A DNA stretch of 64,000 nt from Callorhinchus milii (taxonomy: Eukaryota). Positions 24,945 through 36,460 of the stretch are shown piece by piece; the stretch's first letter is position 1, and each line of letters begins with the position of its first letter. Where the stretch lies: NCBI RefSeq assembly GCF_018977255.1, contig NW_024704743.1, forward strand, positions 1,550,001 through 1,614,000, in the 5' to 3' direction. Under the pieces are notes generated by a model, which saw only the letters and a list, made by a program, of their open reading frames with translations, was not told where the DNA came from and made no database searches. A program made the translations under genes and the position numbers.

Positions 24945-27900
24945 GGAGGGACGCCCCCCTGTTTACCTAATTCCGGAGAGTATTAGGCGCAGGTTGGCGA
25001 GAGCCAAGGCTTGTGGGGTGAGGGGGGGAATCCAGAGTGTGGGTTGGTGGTGGGTAACGGCTGGAGTCTAACCAGCATGGCTTGTCCGGCCAGCTTTCCC
25101 GCTGCTTGACGGGCTGGGACCACCCTCCCCGTTAGTTAGTTAGTTAGTTAGTTAGTTAGTCAGGGCTTTGGCTCCGGGGTTACCAGGAGCCGAGGGGGAG
25201 GATTTCCTGCCCCCGGTGACCGGTCGGCCCTTCCAGGTCCTGCCGATGGATGGGTCAGGGCCGGGCTGAGCTGCCGTCAGCCGTGAGTGCCCTGGGATAC
25301 CGCGGCCCCTCACCATCACAGGAATTTCCATTGCATTTATAAAGGGATCTGAATGAGTCTGGGTGACAGGGATGGCAAGCTATTTAAAGAGGTAAATTAC
25401 CTGTTAAACAGCCATTGCCTTTGATGGCTTTAATATCTCACGCCAATAGCACTTAACAGTGAATTGTAAATAACTTTATGTATTTGCTCACTGTGTGACC
25501 ATCTGTCCTGGATCATAATAAATAACCTTTTGGAGAGGGATTACATTAAATCTGTAAAGCCCTGAGCAATAAAAGGTTTCTGTTAACCTTCAGGCTTGAT
25601 ATGGAAGCGAGTTGGTTAGAGCAGCGTGAAACCTGAGGCAAGTTTCCTTACGCCACGCGCGCCACACACACACACGCACACACACACACGCGCACATACA
25701 CGCGCACACACACGCACACACACACACGGCTCTGTGTAGGAACCCGGTTGTTAGTCATTTGGCGGATCGCTGTTCCGGGGGTTAACAATAACCCCTTCAA
25801 AAAAAAAAAAAAATAATAATAATAATAATTTGGTCATTTCAATCCACGGCTGTTTGTGGCGGACGCCGCTGGGCGCAAGTGGCTGCCGAGTTTCGCCCAG
25901 AAAAATGCACAGTCACTACACGTCGCAGTATGTTCTGTGAAGCGCGTTGTCGAATGGTATATCGGGTCCGCGGTCCAGTTACTCAGACAGTTCCGAGGGC
26001 CACCGCACCACAAACCACCCGTCGCCTTTTAGAAGCTATGTCAGTTCTTTTTCTTGCGGCTCGCAAGGGTCCGTCAGCAGGAACTGCACCCGCAGGGGCT
26101 GGTCCAAGGTCTTCCCGGCGTATCTCTCCGCCTGCATCGTGGACGATGATCTGCCCACTGATGAGGTAAGACCCTCACACACGTCTACACATCCCTTCGT
26201 GGCCCCCCCCTCCCTCCCTTCCCTCCCTCCCTCCTTCTCTCTCTCTTTCCCTCCGACCTCCTTTCTTCCCACCACTACCACCCACACTCCACCACACGTC
26301 CCCTTAAAGATCTCCTGTTCGAAACGAGAAGGGAGTTTTTGGTCGCGGCAAATTCAGTCACTACACTTCACGAAAAAAAATCCTCGTGAAGCGCTTTGAG
26401 ACGTCCTCCCGACATGAAAGGCGCTCTACCAACCGCAAGGAGTATCATCCTTATTATTCTCGCAATGGATATAGCAACTCCATAAGGTAACACCTCACTA
26501 ATAATGATAACAATAATCATAATAATAACCCTTCGCACGTGATTATATCTCAAAGCACTTCACGGGACACACTACCACCGTGGATTATCTGGTGTGTTTG
26601 GTTGGGGTGCGCAGCGATGCGAGTGAGTCTGTGACACAGGGAGAAAGGTTTCAAGTAGTTTTCGTTCCTAAATTGATTAATCAATCAATCAATAAATAAA
26701 TAAATAATGTCCACGTTTTAATTCATAAGTTAAAAAAATAGTTTTCATTCGTAAATCAAAAATAAATTGTTTTAGTTGAGTAAACAAAAAAAAACTTGAA
26801 ACCCCCCCCCCCGCCCCACAACCTTCTGACTCAGAGACGAAAGAGAGAGAGAGAGAGAGCGAGAGCGAGAGCGAGAGCCAGGCTGTCGCACAGCCAAATA
26901 TTGTTGTTGTTGTCACTATTGCAGGTCTCCTACTTTGGGACGATAAAGGTGATCTACACAGTGGGACACTCTGCGTCTCTGCTCGTGCTCACGGCGGCTG
27001 TCATCATCTTACTGCTATTCAGGTGAGTTGGTCCTGGTTCACCCTCCGAGCCAAAGCCCTGACTAACGGGTGGTCGGGTGGTCCTCGCTGGACAAGCAGC
27101 GGGAGAGCTTGGCCAGACAGCGCCCTCGTCGGCCAAGCCCTGTGGGTTTAGCTGGTTAGACCCCAGCAGCGAGAGCAGATGTAATAAATGCAAGTTGTTG
27201 TTGTTGTTGTTGCTGCTGTTGTTATCGAATGCCAGGATTACCCGTGTCTCTGTGTCTCCGGATCATGCAGGAGATTGCACTGCACGAGAAATTACATCCA
27301 CATCCAGCTCTTCATCACCTTCATCCTGCGCGGCGTCTCCGTGTTCGTTAAGGACGCTGTTCTCTTTGGCGATGGGGACATTGACCACTGCACGTTTTCT
27401 ACGGTAACGGTTTGGTACCGCCCTCACCTCCTGAGTCACCGGGTGGCGGGTTCAAGCCTCGTGTCTTGAGATCTCCCCTCCCCTCATCTCCTCCTCACCA
27501 CCCCAGTCCTAGTGCTTTGGGACGTCCTTCTCATACTCGGGTTCAAAACCCTTCACTCCCTGGACCCTCCCTCCCTCCCTCCTTTCCTCCCTCCCTCCCC
27601 CCAATCCACCACCCGGTCAGCGCCTCTGCTCGACTGGCCCCGGCTCCTGCCCGTCCCTCAAGGGACGATAATAATAATAATCCCTTGAAATGAAAATAGT
27701 AAATCGGTCGCTTCAACCCATGGCTGTTTGTGGGGAATACGGCAATCGGCTGCCGCGTTTCGCCCAGAGAACACGCAGTCACTACACTTGGCCGTGTTAT
27801 CCTGTGAAGCGCTTTTGAGGCGTCTCGAAGGCGCGACGAGGCGCCGGGTCGAACGCAAGGATTACAAGGACCGTGTTTGACACCTTTGCCTCCCACCCCC

Positions 27901-30517
27901 AGGCCGGCTGCAAGACCTCGGTGGTGTTCTGCTACTTCTGTGTCATGGCCAATCACTTCTGGCTGCTTGTGGAGGGGCTGTACCTCAACTCCCTCCTCCT
28001 GGCCTCCTTCACGCACAGCAGAAATACTTCTGGTGGTGGAGCGTGCTTGGTTGGGGTAAGTATTGATATGCCCCCTTCCCCACACCCACACACACCCCCC
28101 CCCCCCCACTCCCTCCTTCCCTTCCTCCCCTCTTTCCCCCTTTCCCACCCTTTCCACCTCCGTTCCTTGGTCCCTTCCCCTTCCACCACACTCCGCCCTC
28201 CCACTTTCTTGGTCCCTTTCCCCCCCCCCCCCACCCCACTATTCTCTCTCACGGACGCAGGGACTTATTTAAGAAGCAGCTCGATGATGGGATGTAACAG
28301 GATAGTGATTCGGGAGGGTTGAGACCGGATCCGAACCAATCCTATGACCCAGATAAGGGAGTTTCTTTTTCCCTCTGTGCTCTGGCCGACAATTCCCCCC
28401 CAAATAAGATCAGTCACTCACTTTCGCGGCTGTCTGTGGGGGACGCTGCTGTGCGCAATTGGCTGCCGCGTTTCGCCCACAAAATATACAGTCAATTCAC
28501 TTTACTGTTTACTCTGTGAAGCCCTTTGAGACGGCTCAAGAATGTAATAAAGCGCTGTATCAAATGCAATGATTATTATTATTATTATTATTATTAACTG
28601 TGGAACGGAATTCTATTGCTCTCTGAGTTTGGTTAAAATGTACCTTTTCTTTGAGGTGTGCCTGCTGTTTGCCTGACGGGTTGGGTGATTGCAAAGTCTT
28701 GCTTCGAAGACACTGAGTGAGTATAATAATAATAATAATAATACTGATAACAATCCTGCCATTTGATCCGGCGCCTTATCACGTCTTCGAGACGTCTCAA
28801 AACGCTTCACGGGATAGAAGGGTGACTGAAGGCGCGGTCGAAGAGGAGGGCCTTGAAGGAGGCGAGGGAGGGGGAGGCGAGCGAGGCGGAGGGACTGTGG
28901 GATGGAGAGACACGCTGGATTCCTTGCTAAGTCTCTGCTGTTGTGACCAGGTGCTGGGATGTGATTGAAGATTCTCCGTATTGGTGGATAACAAAGGCCC
29001 CAATTGTCATCTCCGTCATGGTGAGCGGTCGCCTGTTAAACCCTTCACACCGAGACTCTCAACACAGTATAGTGTCAGAACGCACTGCCTGGAGGGTGGG
29101 GTGGGGTGGGGTGGGGGGGTTGGGGGGGGGGGGGTTGGGGGCGGGCGTGGAAGCAGAATTGAGAGCAGCTTTCCAAAGGGAATTGGGGAGGTATGTGAAA
29201 AGGAACGGCTATTGGGGTAGGAGCGGGAGGAGTGGGACTGGTTGGGTGGCTCTTTCGAAGAGTATGGCACAGACACAATGGGAGGAATCCTTCTGCGCTG
29301 CGAGTATCTATGATTCTAAGAATACTACAGTCTGCGGTAACATTATTTACGTTTGTTGAGAGGGGTTCTGGACTATAACAACGACAACAATAAAATTACA
29401 TTTGTATAGCGCCTTTCACGTCGGGATGGGTGGGGGGGGGGAAAGCACGGTCAAAGAGGACGGTCTTGAGATAGGTCTTGAAGGTGGCGAGGGAGGGGGG
29501 GGGATTGGATGCGAGAAGGAGGGACTGTGGGATGGAGTTCCAGACTATCAGAGCTTTGACTGGTACAAAGACCTTGCGGTCGAAGGGGAGGGTAGGTCTT
29601 CGATCGGGAATTGTAAAATGGGGAGAGAAGGGGCCAGGCCGTGGGATTGAGGGAGAGTACTCATCAGAGTCAGGTGTTCTCATGGGAATCTCCTCCCCAT
29701 TTCCTCCCACAGGTAAACTTCGTGCTCTTTTTCAATATCATCAGGATATTGTTCCAGAAGCTTAACCCTCGGGAGATCCACATGGTCAACTCCTCCCAGT
29801 ACAGGTAGGCGAAGGCCTGGGTTGATGTTCCAAGATGACTCCCAGCTTGGCCTCCCCAGCTCTTCCCTCCACAGGTTGCGGACCATCCAGAACTCTGCAG
29901 CTCGTGTCCTCTCCCGCACCACCCCATCACCCCCATCACGGCCACCCTCGCCCGGCTCCACTGGCTCCCCATCCCCCAGAGGATAGAGTTCAACATCCTC
30001 ATCCCCGCCTTCAAAGCCCTCAACGGCCTTGACCCCTCCCACCTCAGTGATACTCCTGATACTCCTCTCCGTTCAAGCTCCGACCTGCTTCATGTCTCCC
30101 CCCCCCGCCCGGCCCGCCCCACCATCAGCGTTCGGGCTTTCAGCTTCTCTGCCCCCTTCGCCTCGTCCCCTCCCTCGCCTCCTCCAAGGCCCTGTGTAAC
30201 TCTAATTTTGTCGTTGTTGCTGTTTGATATAATAATTTATATTTTAATACCTCTCCGGTAGGCGACTGGTAAAGTCCACTCTGCTCCTGATCCCCCTATT
30301 CGGGGTGCACTACATCATATGTGCTTTCCCACCCGATCACGTCGTCCACGCTGTCAAGCTCTACCTTGATCTCTGCATCGGATCATTTCAGGTACAGTCA
30401 TAGCAACAGGTCCTGTGTGGAGTCCCCGGAGCTCAGGGTTAGAGCACTCGCCTCGCAAGCGAGAGGACCCGGGTTCGATTCCCGGGGCAGAGGAAAAGTT
30501 GGGCAAGTTTCCTCACT

Positions 30518-30553
<36 letters not shown>

Positions 30554-31571
30554 GCGCGCGCGCCTCAGATCGCTTTCCCCGGGGTAATAATCTTGCTCCT
30601 TCTGTTGCCTCCTTCAAGGCACATCTCAAGACCCTCCTCTTCGACCGTCCTTGCCCTAGTCCCAATCCTAGCCCTCCACCTTCCCATACACCACCCCCCC
30701 CGCACCCACTGCTCGGATCCAAACCCCTGACTGTCCAGTGCCTTAGGACGTCAACTGATGCTCTAGTTCAGAGCTGGGGGGAAGGGGGAAGGGAGGGGGG
30801 GGGTGGAATTCTATATTACTGGAGGTGACGTCCTTTGAATGAGACGTTAAGCGAGTTTCTCCCTGTGTCCTGGCCGATATTCTCCCAGATACAGTCAGTA
30901 ATTTCCTGTTCCCGACGAGGCTCTGAGTTTGTGTCTCTCTCTCTCTCTCTGTGTGTACAGGGTTTCATAGTGGGAGTCCTGTATTGCTTTCTCAACCAAG
31001 AGGTAAGTGGACCAGTTTATTGTCCCGCAATACTGACCCGGAACAAACTCCGTCCCCCACATCTCACCAGTTCTGGCTCAGGCTCCACTTGGCTCCCCGT
31101 CACCCAACGGGTCCACTTCAAGATCCTCTCGCTCTCGTGTTCAATTCCCTTTCACTCCCCGGCCCCTCCCTCCCTCCCTGTCTGACCTCCTCACTCCCCC
31201 CAATCCACCACCCGGTCAGCTTTCAGCCGCTACGCCCGAGATTCTGGAACGCTCTCCCTCAATCCCTCCACCTGCCCCCCCCTCTCTCCCCTCTTTCAAG
31301 TCCCGCCTGAAAACCTTCCTCTTCGACCGTACTTACGCCCACCTCCCCCACCTCCCCCCCTCCCCCCACCCACACCCCCCGGCTCGGAGTCAGTGCTCTG
31401 AGACCCTGCCCTGTGTGGAGGGACGCTATATAAGTACAAGCTGCTGTTGTTGTTGTTGTTGTGCCCGGACAGGTGCAGTCTGAAGTGCAGCGAAGATGGC
31501 TGAGACGCCACGTGGACAGTTACGGAGCTGTCCCAGTGGTGGCCAACAGCCAGATGGACACCCCTTGTTGA
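22061..31571 (+). CDS. GHRHR: Growth hormone-releasing hormone receptor (class B1 GPCR), 13 coding exons; ~413 aa if the 1-nt deficit in exon 7 is corrected
   Basis: Hand-spliced exons: 22061-22111, 23516-23621, 24663-24770, 26068-26165, 26925-27022, 27271-27403, 27903-28055, 28656-28716, 28951-29020, 29713-29804, 30262-30391, 30961-31002, 31473-31571. All introns are GT-AG, and phases are compatible except at exon 7. Motifs [68 protein letters not shown] and [18 protein letters not shown] match GHRHR as I recall it from amniotes. Adjacency to MINDY4 matches the human GHRHR locus. Confidence 0.9.
23516..23621 (+). CDS. GHRHR: GHRHR exon 2 ([35 protein letters not shown])
   Basis: ttcag acceptor, gtagg donor; HPEC motif and first extracellular-domain cysteines. 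Confidence 0.9.
24663..24770 (+). CDS. GHRHR: GHRHR exon 3 ([36 protein letters not shown])
   Basis: ctccag/gtaaa boundaries; class B hormone-binding domain C..WD..CWP..V..CP motif. Confidence 0.93.
24795..25310 (-). repeat. Unclassified interspersed repeat, long copy in GHRHR intron 3
   Basis: Reverse-complement similarity to 40665-41185 and 10670-10975; internal (TAGT)n. Confidence 0.82.
26068..26165 (+). CDS. GHRHR: GHRHR exon 4 ([33 protein letters not shown])
   Basis: aag/gtaag boundaries; RNCT..GWS..FP.Y..AC motif. Confidence 0.93.
26925..27022 (+). CDS. GHRHR: GHRHR exon 5, TM1 ([33 protein letters not shown])
   Basis: ttgcag/gtgag boundaries; YTVGHS TM1 motif. Confidence 0.93.
27271..27403 (+). 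CDS. GHRHR: GHRHR exon 6, TM2 ([44 protein letters not shown])
   Basis: atgcag/gtaac boundaries; LHCTRNYIH class B signature. Confidence 0.95.
27903..28055 (+). CDS. GHRHR: GHRHR exon 7, TM3-TM4, with a 1-nt frameshift near 28021-28025
   Basis: [40 protein letters not shown] is in one frame and [10 protein letters not shown] follows in a shifted frame. The exon is 153 nt; 154 nt are needed to join exon 8. Confidence 0.9.
28656..28716 (+). CDS. GHRHR: GHRHR exon 8 ([20 protein letters not shown])
   Basis: cttttctttgag/gtgagt boundaries, 61 nt; G.P....W...K..FEDT motif. Confidence 0.9.
28951..29020 (+). CDS. GHRHR: GHRHR exon 9 ([23 protein letters not shown])
   Basis: accag/gtgag boundaries; CWD and WW..K.PI motifs. 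Confidence 0.93.
29713..29804 (+). CDS. GHRHR: GHRHR exon 10 ([31 protein letters not shown])
   Basis: cccacag/gtagg boundaries; VNF.LF.NIIRIL motif. Confidence 0.93.
29835..30200 (+). mobile_element. L2 3' fragment in GHRHR intron 10 (mirrored at ~20970-21335 on -)
   Basis: [12 protein letters not shown]...[15 protein letters not shown] homology to the L2 ORF2 C-terminus. Confidence 0.8.
30262..30391 (+). CDS. GHRHR: GHRHR exon 11, TM6-TM7 ([43 protein letters not shown])
   Basis: cggtag/gtaca boundaries; [14 protein letters not shown] and GSFQ motifs. Confidence 0.95.
30961..31002 (+). CDS. GHRHR: GHRHR exon 12 ([14 protein letters not shown])
   Basis: gtacag/gtaag boundaries; the typical 42-nt class B TM7 exon. 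Confidence 0.95.
31473..31571 (+). CDS. GHRHR: GHRHR exon 13 coding part ([32 protein letters not shown])
   Basis: ggacag acceptor; helix 8 VQ.E..RRW motif; TGA at 31569-31571. Confidence 0.85.
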   Translation: MQSEVQRRWLRRHVDSYGAVPVVANSQMDTPC

Positions 31572-32835
31572 TCGATGCCATTCTGTGTCGCCTCATTTCC
31601 TTCCTGTCCCCATCAACAGATTGGACTACACTTCCCTGCGATTTGGAGGAACGATCCTCACCCCATTCCCCCACCACTGCGCCCCACAACCCCACTCCCA
31701 CCCCCACTCTCTCACCCCCGTCTCCCCCTCTGCCCCCTCCTCCCACCTCTCTCCCGCCCCCCCCCCCCCCCCCCCCCCCTGCTCTCCCTTTACCAAATCT
31801 TTTAACGGATTCAATCAGAACAGAGTTTGCACCAGTTACTTCCTGAGGGGGATGCAACTGGTTTGGGTGAGTAAGGTTCACCGGTCTGAAATCTTCGACG
31901 GGGAGGGAGGGGGGGGAGAGTCGAGTATGGGGTATACAATCGCTTTCCTGGGCAGGGAATAATCCCTCAAGGAAAATGTAGTGACTCAACCCACTGTTGA
32001 CTGCAGCGTTTCAGCCACAAAAATACATAGTATTTGTAACCTATTTCTTCCCAACTGTTTGCATTGCAGGTGAGTGCGTCCAGACTTGGAGCGCTGTGAA
32101 CTGACACCGTGGTCTAAACACTCTGCTCCCTCCTCTTCCTCTTCCTCCTCCACCCATCCCTGTCCTCCAGACTCCGAAACCAGGAACCAGTTGACGAAGG
32201 TTTTCATCGAAGATCTTTTTTGCCTTTTGCCGCCGTGCAGGCTCCAGACCCTCTCCCTCAATCCCTCCGCCTCGCCCCCTTCCTCCCCCATCTTCAGCTC
32301 GTTCCTCTTCGATCCCTACCCTCACCCCCCCATCACCCCCATCCCCCCTTCACCCCCACCACACCCCCACACACACACCTCCACATCGCAAAATATCTGT
32401 CTGTTTCGTATAATGCGGTCACTTCTTCAACCCGCGGCTGTTGGCGGGGACGTCGCTGTGCGCAATTGGCTGCCGCGTTTCACCCACAAAACACACAGTC
32501 ACTACACTTTACGGGGTATCCTGCGAAGCGCTTGGAGACGTCTCGAAGACGTGATCAGGCGCGGTGTAAAAATGCGAGGACTATTATTATTATTTATTTA
32601 TTGTTATGGCTATTATTGCAGGCAAACGTGCGTGAGTGGTATAAAATCCGACTTAATCAGTAGTCTAAACTGCGAGGGGGTACCTCGGTCCAGCAACGTA
32701 CACAGTCAATTCACTTTACAGTATATTTTGTGAAGCGCTTCGAGACGCCTCTGAGAGCTGGGTATATAAGTTCATGTCGCTGTCGTTGTCGTTGTTGTTA
32801 TTGTTGTTGTCTCAATGATGTGATAAGGAGCGACA

Positions 32836-32869
<34 letters not shown>

Positions 32870-33774
32870 GGCGGCATTACGAGTTAGGAGATGATTCGCT
32901 TCGTAAAAATACGAAGTGCGAAGGAATCGAAGTGTTTTTCGGTAGGAAGCTGATTCGGGTGCACTTATGACTTACACGATAAGACGTATAAAGATAAAAC
33001 CTGCGTGAGATTTTACTGTGTACAGTTGTCATTAATCCCCTTCCCCCTTTTGCCCACTCCAGGCCCTTTAAACCCCTTTGACTTGCCCTCCGAAACCCTA
33101 TATAAATGTGGATTTTGCATCGCAATTTGTTGCTGTAGTTTAACCTTGGTTTATTTTCGCGGAGTCTACCCACCGTTTCCGTGACCGGCTCCGGCCTCCT
33201 GCTTGACCACCCCCCCCCCCCACCCATCCCTCGCCCCCTCCGTTCCACCGTCCGCGGCCGGGCTTTCAGCCGCTACGCCCCGAAACTCTCTCTCTCTCTC
33301 TCTCTGTATATCCTTCCCTCTGCCTAGCCCCCTTCCTCCCTCATCTTCAGGTCGCAGCCGAAGACCTTCCTCTTCGCCCAGTGAGAGGATTGCCGTGTAA
33401 AATGCAAGTTGTTGTGGTTGTCGGCACATCCTTAGCCTTTAATCCCGCGAGCGACTGGGCCCTCACCATTGCTGCTCCGACCCACGGGAATGTCACCTGT
33501 CGTTTGGGAGACTCTCAAGCAACGCTGACGGGTGTCAGACGCACCCCGTCCGTCCGTCCGTCAAAGGGCGATCAGCGCCCGTGAGTTTGTGCTAAATAAA
33601 GGAAACTTTGCCATGTTCCAGCAGGTGGAGCTGGTAGATGGCAGACCAGATATCACAGAACACCGCTCCCTCTGGAGTCCCCGGAGCTCAGTGGTTCGAG
33701 CACTCGCCTCGCAAGCGAGAGGACCCGGGTTCGATTCCCGGGCGGGAGGAAACGTTGGGCAAGTTTCCTCACTC

Positions 33775-33805
<31 letters not shown>

Positions 33806-33927
33806 GCGCGCGCGCGGCTCTGTTTACCAGCAGTCGGTAGGAACCCGGTTGTAAGTCGATGGGAGGATGGCTTTCCCCGGGGGTAATAATCCCTTCAAAA
33901 TTAATAATAATAATTTGGCCACTGTTT

Positions 33928-33957
33928 NNNNNNNNNNNNNNNNNNNNNNNNNNNNNN
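33928..33957. other. Assembly gap (30 N)
   Basis: Run of N. Confidence 1.
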
Positions 33958-34529
33958 CCCAATCCAGAGCATCGAGCAAATATCTGCGCGTCTTCTGCGA
34001 CGAGGCTAATATCTGGGTTTAGCGGTTGTTATTAACCCCCGGAAAAGCCATCCGCCAATCGGGTTCCAACACACAGAGGCGCGCGTGTGTGTGTGTGTGT
34101 GTGTGGAGTGAGGAAACTTGCCCAATGTCTCGCCCTGACCTGCCCGGGAATCGAACCCGGGTCCTCTCGCCCGCGAGGCGAGGGCTCTAACCCCTGAGCT
34201 CCTGGGACTCCTGTTGGTCCATGGCGTCTCACGCAGGAAACAGCTTTGTCAACACAAACTGCAAACTGATTGTGTGCCGAACAAATACAAATCTGGGCTT
34301 GAAGGTCCTTAATTGAGAGGAAGTGGTCATTAGGCACCGACCGCACGTCCTGTCCTCTCCGGCCGGGCTCTCACGGAATGGCGTGGAGTTGACCGGCGCA
34401 GGAAGCAAAAAAAAGTTCCCTCGAGAAGGTCGTTAAAACCCAACACAGTGGACTGTTGTTGATTTCCCTCCATACCCCGGCACCTCCCTTCCTCTCCGAC
34501 CTGCTTACCCCCCCCACCCAAACCCACTA

Positions 34530-34612
34530 CCCGCTGCCTCCGCTCCACCGGCTCCGGCCTCCGCTCCACCGGCTCCGGCCTCTGCTCCACCGGCTCCGGC
34601 CTCCGCTCCATG
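34530..34612. repeat. 21-bp tandem repeat (ccgctccaccggctccggcct), about 3.5 copies
   Basis: Directly visible; produces PEPVERR repeats in the ORF track. Confidence 0.9.
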
Positions 34613-34689
34613 ACCAGTGGACGCACTTTCAGCCACATCGCCCCCGAAACTCTGGCACTCTGTCCCCACGTGTGTTTTGAGGGCGAAAC

Positions 34690-35030
34690 GCGGCAGCCAA
34701 ATGGGCGTCGTTAGTGGAGAGTAAGCAGATCGGAGAGATAGGTGAGGTGTCAGGGCGTAAAGTCACTTCTTTACGTGATTGCGAGGATCTTCCAAATTGG
34801 AATCGTTCTGCAACGGGGGAGAGCCAGCGGATCCTGGTAGGAACTGGGCGATGGCGCCACGGAGTCTTGGTGCTGATGAGGATACAAGCAGCGGAGCTTC
34901 GAATGCATTGGATTTTACGAACGATGGAGTGTGAGGGACACCGGCAAGGAGCTCGCTCCGGAATAATCGAGGCGGGAGGTGAGGAATGCATCGATAAGGC
35001 TTTCGACCGCGTTGGGTCTCAGGTATTTCT
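34690..35030 (-). mobile_element. Old degenerate L2 fragment
   Basis: Remnant similarity to the AF.TSRLDY and R.HW segments of L2 ORF2. Confidence 0.55.
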
Positions 35031-36119
35031 GTGATAAACCACTCGGAGATCAGACAATGTAACTTTGGCTTCGGGATTGTGGCTCGAACAATAATTAACT
35101 TGGAATTTCCATTCTTTCCTCGGTGCTGCGTGTGTGTGTGTGGGTGGATGGGAGGGGGGGGGGGGGGTGGAACGCTGAAGGTAGAGTTACAAAACTATTT
35201 GACATTAATATTTACAAAGTAAAACCAGCCACTTATTTATCTTGAAGGGATTATTATTACCCCCCCCCCTCCCACTTCTTGGAAACAATCCACCAAACGG
35301 GTTCCTACCGACTGCTGAGTGAACAGAGGCGGGTGGGAGTAAGGAAACCTGAACTAAGGATTTTGCCCCACTCGGGGATCGAACCCGGGTCCTCCCGCTT
35401 GGAAGGCTCTAACCACTACGCCACAGGACTCCACTGTGGAAGACTGTACACTGTAGGGAATGGTACGGCGCCGTATGCTGTGTTGGACGTGACGCTATCT
35501 CAAACTGTTACAATCCTCATCATTAAAACCGCGGCGGGAGAAATGTGGCTCGTGATGGGACGATGATCACAGGCGGGTGTGGAACCCCAGGGTCCACTTT
35601 TGACTGAGGCGCAGGAGGATTTTTAGAGGCGGTTTTATACGGAGATCGCTTTCTCGCTGCGTTTGCATCGACAACGGGCGATCAAAAAGGGGCCGTTAAG
35701 TCCCGTTGGAACAACTGGCTCTATCTGGAGCTCCATCATCCAAGTGCCCTCAATCGTCTGCAGGAGGTGAGAACACACGCAGCAGAAAAGCTTCCAAAGA
35801 AAAGTGAAAGCTCTATTTAAAAAAAAATTCTCCTCCCCGACTCACCCCCCAAACTGCTCTGATGAAACTCTGTGAACTTCCGACTCTTCCATCATTCAAC
35901 CTTGAACAGTTGTATTGAATGGATGACATTTCCACGGGCCCCGGCAGCACATTCTGTTTCCGAACGCTTTCCGTGATCCATATCAGTATTTACTGCTGCA
36001 ATCCCTCACCAGAAATGTATCGAGGGGTATCGGGATAACGGGAGCTGCCTCGTAATTCAGAGAATACGTCGCCTTTCACGTTAATTAATGATAAACGTAA
36101 CCAAACTCTTTGCAAAATG

Positions 36120-36460
36120 TCAGCCCGGCTCAGTTGGTAGCACTCTCACCCCTGGGGTCAGAAGGTTGTGGGTTCACGCCCCGTTTCGGACTCAATCTCC
36201 GTCGTCTAAGGTGACCCGACAATGGAGCGCTGGGGGAAAAGGGCGGTGTTGCATTGCTTTGAGCTGCCGTCCTTCGGATTAGACGCCAAACCGAGGTCCC
36301 GTCTGCCCGTTCGGGCGGACGTGAAAGACTCCCGTGACGCTGTTTGAAAAGGGAGGTTTTTTTCTCTCTCTCTCTCTCTCTCCCCCACCCCGGGGGCCAG
36401 GCCAACCATCCCCCAAATAAAATGGGTCACTCACTTCACGGGCTGTTTGTGGGACATTTG
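36120..36460 (+). mobile_element. DeuSINE-superfamily SINE (SacSINE1/AmnSINE1-like)
   Basis: Head ctcagttggtagcactctc...gtcagaaggttgtgggttca, then gccgtccttcggat..gacg..aaaccgaggtcccgtctgccc. I recognise this from memory of shark DeuSINEs. Further copies lie at ~1950-2460, 6310-6730, 14100-14300, 48190-48500, 50500-50640 and 62460-62790. Confidence 0.75.

Larger units (their letters stand above)
29759..33927 (+). repeat. Right arm of the inverted duplication, ending exactly at the assembly gap
   Basis: Its end (...aatttggccactgttt) is the reverse complement of the sequence starting at 15110 (aaacagtggccaaatt...). Confidence 0.95.

Noticed and set aside
32040..32078. Polypyrimidine-CAG|GTGAGT recursive-splice-like site
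   Set aside because: It lies downstream of the GHRHR stop, and no supporting exon was found.
33381..33584. NPA-containing ORF (GTSLAFNPASDWALT) as a possible aquaporin remnant; mirrored at 15453-15764
   Set aside because: There is no other aquaporin similarity, no matching exon structure, and the ORF starts in an L2-like tail.
34530..34612. Regularly repeated 21-mers as a CRISPR-like array
   Set aside because: There are no spacers; it is a plain tandem repeat in eukaryotic DNA.
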